From positions 704,001-768,000 of the forward strand of contig CAWCLO010000010.1 of the NCBI GenBank assembly GCA_963796455.1: a DNA stretch of 64,000 nt, read 5' to 3'. The stretch is from Candidatus Sulfomarinibacteraceae bacterium (GTDB taxonomy: Bacteria > Acidobacteriota > Thermoanaerobaculia > Thermoanaerobaculales > Sulfomarinibacteraceae). The position numbers were made by a program, and so were the translations under genes. Shown here piece after piece: positions 9,967 through 18,267 of the stretch. Positions within the stretch are counted from its first letter, which is position 1. Every line of letters starts with the position of its first letter. A model generated the notes under the pieces. That model worked only from the letters and a program-made list of their open reading frames with translations. It searched no databases and was not told the origin of the DNA.

Positions 9967-11004
9967 ATGCTGTTCGAGTACCTGGTACGCGTGATCGGGG
10001 AAAGCCCGTTCTTTCAGGGCATGGCCGCTGAGGAGCAAATGTCGCTGGCCCGCCTGGGGGGTGTGGACGTTCACCCGGCGGGTGGGGTCCTTTTCAGCCC
10101 CGGTGATGTGCCGTCGGCGCTCTATCTGGTGCTCGACGGGGTGGCGGAGGTCTGTCGAGAGGAGAGCCCGGCGCTCGGAGTTCAACCGGTCGCATATCTT
10201 GGCGTCGGTTCGACCCTGTGCGAGAGCAAAGTTCTGACCGGCACCACCCTCAACGCGCTCGCTCATTTTCCCGAGGGCGGCACGACCTTGCAGTGGCCGC
10301 GTCCGATCCTTCTTCGCCAGCTCTACTCGTCGCGGGCCCTCGGGCTGCAATATCTGCAGAGCCTGGCCCGCAGGCTCGAGGGAACCGTCGCCAATCTGGG
10401 CCAACACAGCGGATCGAATCTGCGCGGCAAACTCGAACAATTCGATCTCCCCGCCATCCTGCAGACGGTAGTTGATTCGGGTGCCTGTGGTGTTCTCGAG
10501 ATCGTCGACGCGGATGGCCAGCCCTTTGGCAATATCCATACCCGGAACAAGCTCATCGGCACCATGGCATGCCGCAGCCTCGATGGCACCGCGGCCTTTC
10601 TCGAAATCCTCAATTCTCCCCCTCACGGTGGAAGCTTCAGATTTACCAACGTGGATGTTCCGTTTGAAGACCAACAATTCCGCCCGCTGCAGCCGCTTCT
10701 GATGGAAGCGGCCCGGGTTCAGGATGAGTTCACACACTTTGCCGCGACGGTCGCGCCGACTGCTTTTCTGCAGCCGTCCTCGAGACAGCTCGATTTTGTC
10801 GGTGATGCCGATCCGGTGTTGGTGGACGCCATCTGGCATCAACTGTCTGCCCAGTCGTGTGGCTGGGGTGTGTTGATCGAGCTCCTGCCCTTCAGCAAGG
10901 GCCAGATAGCTCTGGCGGTGCGGGACATGCTTCTCGCCGGTGTCATTGTTGTGGATCGCGGTTTTGAAGCGGGTGAAGCGGGGGTTGCCGAGGGTTGGTC
11001 CTGA
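9967..11004 (+). CDS. cNMP-binding-fold + DUF4388 (PatA-N-like) protein
   Basis: N-terminal LFSPGD..LYLVLDG.AEV Crp-like barrel, followed by LRGKLEQFDLPAILQ..GVLEI and LLMEAARVQDE typical of DUF4388. Confidence 0.8.
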   Translation: MLFEYLVRVIGESPFFQGMAAEEQMSLARLGGVDVHPAGGVLFSPGDVPSALYLVLDGVAEVCREESPALGVQPVAYLGVGSTLCESKVLTGTTLNALAHFPEGGTTLQWPRPILLRQLYSSRALGLQYLQSLARRLEGTVANLGQHSGSNLRGKLEQFDLPAILQTVVDSGACGVLEIVDADGQPFGNIHTRNKLIGTMACRSLDGTAAFLEILNSPPHGGSFRFTNVDVPFEDQQFRPLQPLLMEAARVQDEFTHFAATVAPTAFLQPSSRQLDFVGDADPVLVDAIWHQLSAQSCGWGVLIELLPFSKGQIALAVRDMLLAGVIVVDRGFEAGEAGVAEGWS

Positions 11005-11017
11005 GGGGGGCGAGGTC

Positions 11018-13693
11018 ATGAGACGTCGCCGCGTCGTGCTGACCATTGTGACGATTCTGGTGATTGCTGGGGCAGGCAGCTCCGTGATTCGGACGGTGCG
11101 GAGTTTCTACCGTCTCGATTTTCCGGTCTCGTGGGTCGAACAGGGTCTCGTGGTCAATTCCGTTCCCTCGGGCTCGAGCGCCGAGATGGCAGGTCTTGCT
11201 GAAGGTGATCTGGTGGTCAGCATCGATGGAATTCCCATCGAGCGGCTTGAAGATCCGGCCTTCGTTCTCGCCGGTGGTCAGGAGCATGTTCTGGATGTCC
11301 ATCGTCCGGAGGGGGAAGTGGCTGAAATTCGGCTGCAGTCGCCGCCGCCAACTATCAACTCCGTCTATCTCGTTCGAACCGCGGTGGCTTTCTTCAGCCT
11401 GGGGTGCGCGCTCTATGCCTTGTGGAACACCCGCCGGAGGGAGGCGGCCACCTTCCTCGTGCTTGCCGCTGCCGCGTTGGTCATCGGCGCTGTGCCCGCG
11501 CGCACGGCTTCAACCGAACTTGGTCTGGCCATCCTCAGACGGACCGCCGGTGCCGCCCTGCCGTTTTTGATAGTCCGCTTCTTCACGGTTTTTCCCGCCA
11601 GCAAACGATCGATGCGGCTTTGGGACTTTTTGACCGTGGTGGCGGCCGTCGCATCCGGGCTGACCGCTCTTTTCCCGAGCGCAGGGGCCTGGTGGCAGGT
11701 GGTCATGTCGCTGCTGCGGGTGCTTTTCAACGCCTCCCTCCTGTACGGGATCGTTCTCCAGGTCATGCGTTGGCGGTCGGCTGCCCAGGACCTCCGAATC
11801 CGGCGCCAGATCGAATGGGCGGCTCTGGGTCTTTTTGTCGGCCTGGCGCCGTTTTTCATGCTGGTGTTGGTGCCCGGGTGGCTGGGTTTTGAATTCGTGC
11901 CGTTTTCGTGGCTCGCAATACTCCCGATGAGCGCCATCCCGATCGGCGTCGCCGCCGCGCTGCATGAATATCGACTCTGGGATCTCGAGCCGATCACCCG
12001 CGATCTGATGTCGGCGACGTTGGTTGTGGTTGCCGGGGGGCTCATTTTCGCCCTGACAAACCACCTGCTTCTGAGATACACAGGTGGACTGGGTTCCCTC
12101 CGCAACCTTTTCGCCTTTGCCACCGGGGTGCTGCTGGTCGTGCTTTTGCAGCCGGTGCGGCTTCGGGTCGAACGTTTTCTTGATGAGTGGCTCTACCAGG
12201 GCCGACCGGCGCCGCGCTCACTGCTCACCGGCGCCTCCCGGGAACTCGCCCGGCTCACCGATCCCCGCGAGCTTTTGGTCCAGCTGTCCAAGACCCTCAC
12301 CGAAGGCATGGAAATCGATCTCGTCGCCACCTATCTCCAGATCGACGCCGACACATTCGGCCGGATCACCGGCGACGGCGGCAGTATTGCGGACCGGCTT
12401 CCTCACGAGGTCCTCGATGAGGACTATCCCTCCGAGGACGAGGACTCCCTCGCCCTCGCGGGCTATGCCGTGAGAATACCGCTCGAACGTGTGGGTATCG
12501 TTCACGGTTTGCTCTATCTCGGCCTCAGGCGGGGAGTTTTTCCTCTCGGCAGCGAAGGAGAAGAAGTGGTGGCCTCCTTTGCCGCCCAGGCGGCGCTGGC
12601 TCTGGAGAGCGCCCGCTACCTCGACGATCTTCGCCAGCAGGCGGAGGAGTATCGCATCCTTCACACCAACACCCAACGGATCATCGAGTCCTCGGCGGCG
12701 GCGATCCTGGTTTGTGACGCCGCGGCTCATATCCTGTCGGCAAATCGGCAGGCCGCGGGCCTTTTCGAACGCGAGGCGCAGGAACTCGTCGGGCTCGACC
12801 TCGGTTCACTGGTAGACCTTCCCGAAGCCTGGCGCATCGAGGTGCCGCCGCACGCGCTGAACACCGAGGCACGCACCTTTACCAACCCACCGCGACGGGT
12901 CATTCTGGCGGTGTCGGTCCTCGAGCTCGACAGCGGAAGCTTCAACGGCCGCGTGGTCGTGCTGCAGGATGTGACCGAACTCAGAAACCTGCAAGATCGC
13001 ATGCGGGAACAGGAACGTCTGGCCGGTCTCGGTCGACTGGCCTCGGGTCTTGCCCACGAGATCAACACGCCCCTGACCGGGATCTCGTCCTTTGCCCAGA
13101 TGCTCGGCGAAATGACACCCGAGGACGATCCGCGGTCGAACCTGGTCACCAAACTGGTCGATCAGAGCTTCAGGGTCTCACGGATCGTCTCCAACCTTCG
13201 CGCCATGGTGCGCGGCTCGAGCGACAGCCGCATGGTGCTCGAGGTCGGTGGGGTCGTCGTTCGGGCGGCCCAGGAGGCGGCCCGTTCTCTCGGCGCCGAG
13301 GAGGCCCTCCAAATCGAGGCCGCAGAGGAACCGGTCATGGTGTGGGCCTCGGTGGCGCCGCTTGAACTGGCGGTGGGCAATCTCGTTCGCAACGCGATCG
13401 AAGCTTCTCCACCCGGAGCTCCTGTTCGCTTTTCGGTCGTGGTCTTTCCCGAATGGGCGGAAATCGTCGTCGAAGACTCGGGCCCGGGGCTTCCAGAAGA
13501 CCGTGCCGACAAGATCTTCGAACCGTTCTTCACCACCAAAACCGATCGCGGCGGCACCGGGCTGGGTCTCGCGATCACCCGTGATATGATCTCCCAACTC
13601 GGCGGCGAAGTCTCCCTCGACGATACTGATGGAGGCGGTGCGCGCGCCACGATCAGGTTACAAAGATGGCAGGAACCGGAACAGTCCTCGTAA
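11018..13693 (+). CDS. Membrane sensor histidine kinase (PDZ, multi-TM, GAF-like, PAS, HisKA, HATPase)
   Basis: PDZ motif SAEMAGLAEGDLVVSIDG; H-box LAHEINTPL; N-box NLVRNAIEA; G-boxes DSGPG and GTGLGL. RBS GAGG precedes ATG 11018. Confidence 0.92.
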   Translation: MRRRRVVLTIVTILVIAGAGSSVIRTVRSFYRLDFPVSWVEQGLVVNSVPSGSSAEMAGLAEGDLVVSIDGIPIERLEDPAFVLAGGQEHVLDVHRPEGEVAEIRLQSPPPTINSVYLVRTAVAFFSLGCALYALWNTRRREAATFLVLAAAALVIGAVPARTASTELGLAILRRTAGAALPFLIVRFFTVFPASKRSMRLWDFLTVVAAVASGLTALFPSAGAWWQVVMSLLRVLFNASLLYGIVLQVMRWRSAAQDLRIRRQIEWAALGLFVGLAPFFMLVLVPGWLGFEFVPFSWLAILPMSAIPIGVAAALHEYRLWDLEPITRDLMSATLVVVAGGLIFALTNHLLLRYTGGLGSLRNLFAFATGVLLVVLLQPVRLRVERFLDEWLYQGRPAPRSLLTGASRELARLTDPRELLVQLSKTLTEGMEIDLVATYLQIDADTFGRITGDGGSIADRLPHEVLDEDYPSEDEDSLALAGYAVRIPLERVGIVHGLLYLGLRRGVFPLGSEGEEVVASFAAQAALALESARYLDDLRQQAEEYRILHTNTQRIIESSAAAILVCDAAAHILSANRQAAGLFEREAQELVGLDLGSLVDLPEAWRIEVPPHALNTEARTFTNPPRRVILAVSVLELDSGSFNGRVVVLQDVTELRNLQDRMREQERLAGLGRLASGLAHEINTPLTGISSFAQMLGEMTPEDDPRSNLVTKLVDQSFRVSRIVSNLRAMVRGSSDSRMVLEVGGVVVRAAQEAARSLGAEEALQIEAAEEPVMVWASVAPLELAVGNLVRNAIEASPPGAPVRFSVVVFPEWAEIVVEDSGPGLPEDRADKIFEPFFTTKTDRGGTGLGLAITRDMISQLGGEVSLDDTDGGGARATIRLQRWQEPEQSS

Positions 13694-15042
13694 TTGACGA
13701 CGAGCCCGTCCTTCAGGATGTGCTGAGCGCGCTCCTGCGTGGCGATGGCTATGAATGCCACCAGGCGACCACCGCCGCTGACGGCATGCGGATACTCCGT
13801 GAAGAGGAGATCGATGTCGTTCTTCTCGATCTGATGCTTCCCGACCGCCCGGGGCTCGAGATCCTGCCCGAGATCAAGGCCTTCGATCCGCAGCTGCCGG
13901 TGGTGGTCATCACCGCCTACTCTTCGGTTGAGTCGGCCATCGAGGCCATGCGGGGCGGCGCATTTCACTACGTTCCCAAACCCTTCAAAAATGAAGAGGT
14001 TCTATCGCTGGTGCGGCGGGCTGCCGAGCGCCGATCGCTCATGGTGGAAAACGTCCAGCTCCGAAGCCGGCTCGATGGCATGGGAGAGATCGTCGGCACT
14101 AGCCGCCGCATGGAAGAGATCTTCGAACTCATGCGGCGGGCTGCGCCCGCCCGTTCGACCATCCTCATCAACGGCGAGTCGGGCACCGGCAAAGAACTGG
14201 TGGCGCGGGCCATCCATCGCCTCAGTCCACGCGGCGACCGGCCCTTTGTTCCCGTTCATACAACCGCCATCCCGGCCGACCTTCTCGAGTCGACCCTCTT
14301 CGGTCACGTCAAGGGTGCGTTCACCGGCGCCATCAACAACCGGAAGGGACTCTTTGAGGCCGCCCACCATGGCACGCTCTTTTTGGACGAAGTCGGTACC
14401 ATTACGGGTGAGACGCAGACGAAGCTGTTGCGGGTGATTCAGGAGCGCGAGATCCGCCGCGTCGGCAGTGTCGAGTCGACGGCCGTTGACACCCGCCTGG
14501 TTGCCGCCACCAACACGAATCTCTGGCAAGAGGTCCAGGATGGCAACTTCCGCGAAGATCTCTACTATCGACTCAACGTCATCACCCTCGAGCTGCCGCC
14601 CCTGCGCGACCGTCAGGATGATATCCCCTTGTTGGCGACTCATTTTCTGAGCGCCTTCGCCGAGGAGAACAAGCGCGAGATCGAGGGCTTCTCATCCGAT
14701 GCGATGGATGCAATGACGAGCTATCACTGGCCCGGCAATGTGCGCGAGCTCGAAAATGCGGTCGAGCGCGCGGTGGTTCTGTGCCGGGCCGAGACGATCG
14801 AGGTCGACGAGCTCCCGCAGTCGCTGCGGGGAGATGCTCCGACGCCCGTGTTGGCATCGGCCTTTCCACCGGAAGGGCTCGATTTCCGCAAGGCGGTTGC
14901 CAATTATCAGGAAACGCTCATACGCGAAGCCCTTAACCGTGGTGACCGGGTGCAACGGCGCGCTGCGGGGCTGCTCAAGCTCAGTCCGACCACATTGAAC
15001 GAGATGATCCACCGGCTCGGGATCGATCTCGACGAGGACTGA
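13666..15042 (+). CDS. Sigma54-dependent NtrC-family response regulator
   Basis: Receiver domain, Walker A GESGTGKE, GAFTGA loop, WPGNVRELEN and C-terminal HTH. Overlaps the kinase stop. Confidence 0.95.
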   Translation: MAGTGTVLVIDDEPVLQDVLSALLRGDGYECHQATTAADGMRILREEEIDVVLLDLMLPDRPGLEILPEIKAFDPQLPVVVITAYSSVESAIEAMRGGAFHYVPKPFKNEEVLSLVRRAAERRSLMVENVQLRSRLDGMGEIVGTSRRMEEIFELMRRAAPARSTILINGESGTGKELVARAIHRLSPRGDRPFVPVHTTAIPADLLESTLFGHVKGAFTGAINNRKGLFEAAHHGTLFLDEVGTITGETQTKLLRVIQEREIRRVGSVESTAVDTRLVAATNTNLWQEVQDGNFREDLYYRLNVITLELPPLRDRQDDIPLLATHFLSAFAEENKREIEGFSSDAMDAMTSYHWPGNVRELENAVERAVVLCRAETIEVDELPQSLRGDAPTPVLASAFPPEGLDFRKAVANYQETLIREALNRGDRVQRRAAGLLKLSPTTLNEMIHRLGIDLDED

Positions 15043-15049
15043 ACCGCCC

Positions 15050-15525
15050 ACCTGGATACGGGATCCAGGTCACAGGATTCATCGCACACCGTCCTCCCTC
15101 TCCGATCCCGCTCCCGAAAGGGTGCATGGGAGAAAGGGGGAAAGGGAGAACGCCCGCAACACGATGCTCGGTACTCGATGCTGGATCACTCTTTTCCAAG
15201 AGAGAGCCTCGGACAGCGTACAGGGACAGGGAACGGCTGACAGCGACAACGAACAGGAGTCAGCGGCAGCATTCAGTCATCAGCGGCTGTCTTCAGCGAC
15301 AGCGTCCAGTCGACCGGTATGGAGAGCTGAAATCAAGACTTTGGTCGAGCAAACGGCAGGTCATCGCACGGACCTGATCGCTGCCCCTGATCTCTGCCTC
15401 TGAACACTGATCCCTGTCGCTGACGCTGGACAATGTCCCTGCCGCTGCAATTCCTGCACAGAGACGGAAACAGAGAAGGGCGCCTGGAAGCTTTTGCGAC
15501 ATCCAGCGTCCAGCATCCAGGTGGT
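15050..15525. repeat. Nested low-complexity inverted repeat arms (7-mer GATGCTG, 6-mer CAGCGA/CAGGGA, 8-mer GGGAGAAA)
   Basis: GATGCTG-type arm ~15163-15186 mirrors 15501-15520. CAG-hexamer arm ~15213-15310 mirrors the CTG-hexamer arm ~15373-15448. Confidence 0.7.
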
Positions 15526-15628
15526 TGGGTGGCACACACGCCGACGGCCCCGTGTGTTTGGGGGATACGGGGCCGCCGGCAGAAAGGAGGTTGTGATGCA
15601 ATTGAAATTACGAATCATTCACAAAAAG

Positions 15629-15645
15629 GTTTCAATGATTGAAAC
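15629..15645. promoter_or_regulatory. Perfect palindrome GTTTCAAT-G-ATTGAAAC in an AT-rich island (possible transcription-factor operator)
   Basis: 8-bp arms read directly from the sequence. They lie in the AT-rich stretch 15591-15645. Confidence 0.5.
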
Positions 15646-15745
15646 TGGTCCGCTCGGAGGAACCACAGATCACGCAGATGAGCGCAGATAACGGGCCCAA
15701 AGTTTGCCTGATGATCCAGGCAGACGCCTGAGATGCAGACTTGGT

Positions 15746-15794
15746 GAAATCCGAAATCCGAAATCCGAAATCCGAAATCCGAAATCCGAAATTC
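15746..15794. repeat. Heptamer tandem array (GAAATCC)x6 plus one degenerate unit
   Basis: Six perfect copies at 15746-15787, immediately downstream of the mnmA stop. Confidence 0.97.
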
Positions 15795-15802
15795 CTAATT
15801 CA

Positions 15803-16858
15803 TCACTCCATGACCCCACCCCCCAGACACTCCTCGCCGTCGTAGAGCACCGCGAATTGTCCGGGTGCGATTCCCGGGTCGGAAGCATCCAAGAGATCCA
15901 CCACCAGCCCGCCATAGGCGCATTCGCTGACCGTGCAGCGGTCGATCCTCTCACCGTGTCGGAGTCGGACCAGGAGGCCGGTCTGTTGGGGCGACTCGGC
16001 GATCCAGTGGGGCTTCTTGATCTGAAAACTCGTCCGGGCACGATTCTCGAGCTTGTCGCCGTGAATCACCTCGATGACGTTGGCCTCGGGATCCTTGGCG
16101 ACCACGTACCACGGGCCGCCTGAAAGCCCGAGACCGCGGCGCTGACCGATGGTGTGGAACCAGGTGCCGTGGTGTTCACCCAACACCCGGCTGCTTTCGG
16201 TCTCACGGATTTCTCCGGGTCGTTCGCCGAGGTGGTGGCCGACAAAATCGTTGAAAGGGACGCGGCCGAGAAAACATATGCCCTGACTGTCGGGACGGGC
16301 GGCGTTGGGCAATTCGAGCCTGCTGGCCTCTTCGCGGACTTCGGCCTTCATCAGATGGCCGATCGGAAAAACGGCGCGAGCGATCTGATCCTGGGTCATC
16401 TGGGAAAGAAAATAGGTCTGGTCCTTGCGCGGGTCGGCCGCCCGAAGAAGTCGCGTCAGGCCATCGCGCTTTTTGGTGCGGGCGTAGTGGCCCGAGGCGA
16501 CCGCGTCGAATCCGTCGTCGATTCGATCCACGAATGCTCCGAACTTGATCATCCGGTTGCACATGACGTCCGGACTCGGGGTATGGCCTGCTTCAAGATC
16601 GGCCAGCGCATAGGCCACGACGGTGTCGAGGTATTCACGCTGCAGCGGGATGATTTCGAGTGGCACCCCGGCCCTTTCGCAGACGGAATTCGCGTTCTCG
16701 AGATCCTCCTCCCAGGGACAAGAGCCGAGAAAGGCCATCTCGTCCTCGAGCCAGATCTTCAGGTAAAAGGCCGTCAGCTCGTGCACACCCTCCTCGGCCA
16801 GTCGCATGAGAGCAACAGAGGAGTCCACACCACCCGAGGCGAGAACCGCGATCTTCAC
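15803..16858 (-). CDS. mnmA: tRNA-specific 2-thiouridylase
   Basis: PP-loop SGGVDSS, TPSPDVMCN, SGHYA, KDQTYFL, DSQGICF and PGQFAVLYDG..CLGGG. Confidence 0.97.
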   Translation of the reverse strand: MKIAVLASGGVDSSVALMRLAEEGVHELTAFYLKIWLEDEMAFLGSCPWEEDLENANSVCERAGVPLEIIPLQREYLDTVVAYALADLEAGHTPSPDVMCNRMIKFGAFVDRIDDGFDAVASGHYARTKKRDGLTRLLRAADPRKDQTYFLSQMTQDQIARAVFPIGHLMKAEVREEASRLELPNAARPDSQGICFLGRVPFNDFVGHHLGERPGEIRETESSRVLGEHHGTWFHTIGQRRGLGLSGGPWYVVAKDPEANVIEVIHGDKLENRARTSFQIKKPHWIAESPQQTGLLVRLRHGERIDRCTVSECAYGGLVVDLLDASDPGIAPGQFAVLYDGEECLGGGVME

Positions 16859-16873
16859 CGGTACAGGATACTC

Positions 16874-16976
16874 AATTTCAGATTTGGAATTTCGGAATTC
16901 GGATTGACCGTCCTCCGCCCCCGTTTCCCAGAGAGGGTGGGCGGAAATTCGAAATCCAAAATCCGCAATCCCAAAT
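16874..16976. repeat. Inverted pair of degenerate GAAATCC heptamer arms around a GC stem
   Basis: ATTTCGG-type arm 16875-16905 and AAATCCG-type arm 16945-16975, with inner TCCGCCC...GGGCGGA. Confidence 0.8.
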
Positions 16977-17004
16977 ATTCTCAGGCGTTGGAGAATGGCT
17001 GAGT

Positions 17005-17403
17005 TCAGCGCATGTACTTGTTGTGCACCATGTGCTCGAGATAGCGGTCAGTGTGGATCCCGTAGTCCTTGAGCAGGCCTTCGGCCGAGACGTGAAAGGT
17101 CGCCTCCTCGCCGGCGACCCGGGAAAAGTACACGCGGTACGTCTCGCTGCCCCGATGGACATCGAGCGCATTGAGGTCCTCGGAGAGATCCGAAGTCAGG
17201 CTGTGTTCGCAGACCGGACAAAAAAGCTCCCAAAGGGTGCCAGGTGGCATCTCCTCACCCGGCGGCAGCTCCACCTCGTAGTTGCCGGGCTGTGGGTGAA
17301 AACCGGCCAGAAATCGATGGTCGCCGCGTTCGGCGCGAAGCACCACCCGGTCTTCCGGGTTGAGCATCGATTGGCAGTGGGGGCACGAGTAGGTCCAGTG
17401 CAT
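17005..17403 (-). CDS. Hypothetical protein with two CxxC motifs (possible Zn ribbon)
   Basis: 132 aa containing CPHC and CPVC. RBS AGGAG upstream. Confidence 0.75.
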   Translation of the reverse strand: MHWTYSCPHCQSMLNPEDRVVLRAERGDHRFLAGFHPQPGNYEVELPPGEEMPPGTLWELFCPVCEHSLTSDLSEDLNALDVHRGSETYRVYFSRVAGEEATFHVSAEGLLKDYGIHTDRYLEHMVHNKYMR

Positions 17404-17464
17404 GACTTCTCCTGGTGGAAGAATATCTCAGAATCTCTTTGTCTGGGGAATCGACGTCTCGATC

Positions 17465-18178
17465 TCAGGGCAGGGCCACACCCAACTCTCGCAATTGGGC
17501 GGTAGCTTGCTCGGCCCATCCCCTGTTGGCGGCCGGGCTGGCCGGGCTGGGGTGGAGTATCCGGCCGATGCGGACCCCGGTCCCATCGAGTGCGTGCTGT
17601 GCTCGTTGCTCGGCGAAGACGCCGACTCCAACTACAAGAGCGGGCCGGAGACAATCGACAGTCTGTCGCAGCGCGCGGTCGCAGGCAGCAAACAACGGTT
17701 CCCGCTCCGCCGCAGGCAGCTTGTCCGGGGTCCGGTTGCGGCTCGATGCCTCCATGAATGAGAGCGGACAGTAGTTACCGACAAAAAAGCGCTCGAAGAA
17801 CCGATCTGGGGTGGCGAAGATATCCTTCGCCCATCCCCATATTCTCGCGCCGGAAACCTCCGAGCGACCACAGGCGAGCCCATCGATCAGGCGTTTGGGG
17901 TGTTCGTTGGCCGGTTTGCCGATGGCGGCGTCTATCTCGAGCCAGTCGCGCACCGCGGCCACCTCGCCAAAAGGCACTCCAGTCTGCGCCATCCCCCACG
18001 GTCCGGGATTCATGCCGAGGAAGAGCGCCTCCTTGGGCGCAGAACCGAAGCGCTCCAGGTATTGCGCGTGCGCCTCCCAGGCGTAGTCGAGCGGGTTGTA
18101 GACGTGGGTTACCGGTGGTTTGAAGGCGAGTCCCTCGACCTCGATAGTTAAGTTTCTGGCAATCTCAACGAGGCTCAA
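17465..18178 (-). CDS. SMUG1-family single-strand selective uracil-DNA glycosylase
   Basis: Motifs YNPLDYA, GMNPGPWGMAQTGVPFG, NYCPL and HPSPASP. TTG start with GAGG RBS. Confidence 0.93.
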   Translation of the reverse strand: MSLVEIARNLTIEVEGLAFKPPVTHVYNPLDYAWEAHAQYLERFGSAPKEALFLGMNPGPWGMAQTGVPFGEVAAVRDWLEIDAAIGKPANEHPKRLIDGLACGRSEVSGARIWGWAKDIFATPDRFFERFFVGNYCPLSFMEASSRNRTPDKLPAAEREPLFAACDRALRQTVDCLRPALVVGVGVFAEQRAQHALDGTGVRIGRILHPSPASPAANRGWAEQATAQLRELGVALP

Positions 18179-18267
18179 AGCGATTTCCTCTGCCGGGAAT
18201 GGTATCAGTTTGCTCAACACTCCACGGGAAGGGAGGCGGCAGGTTAATATGACAAGCGGAGGTCGCC

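Noticed and set aside
15601..15645. ATTGAAAC / GTTTCAAT resembling CRISPR repeat ends
   Set aside because: It is a single palindrome, with no repeat-spacer periodicity and no cas genes.
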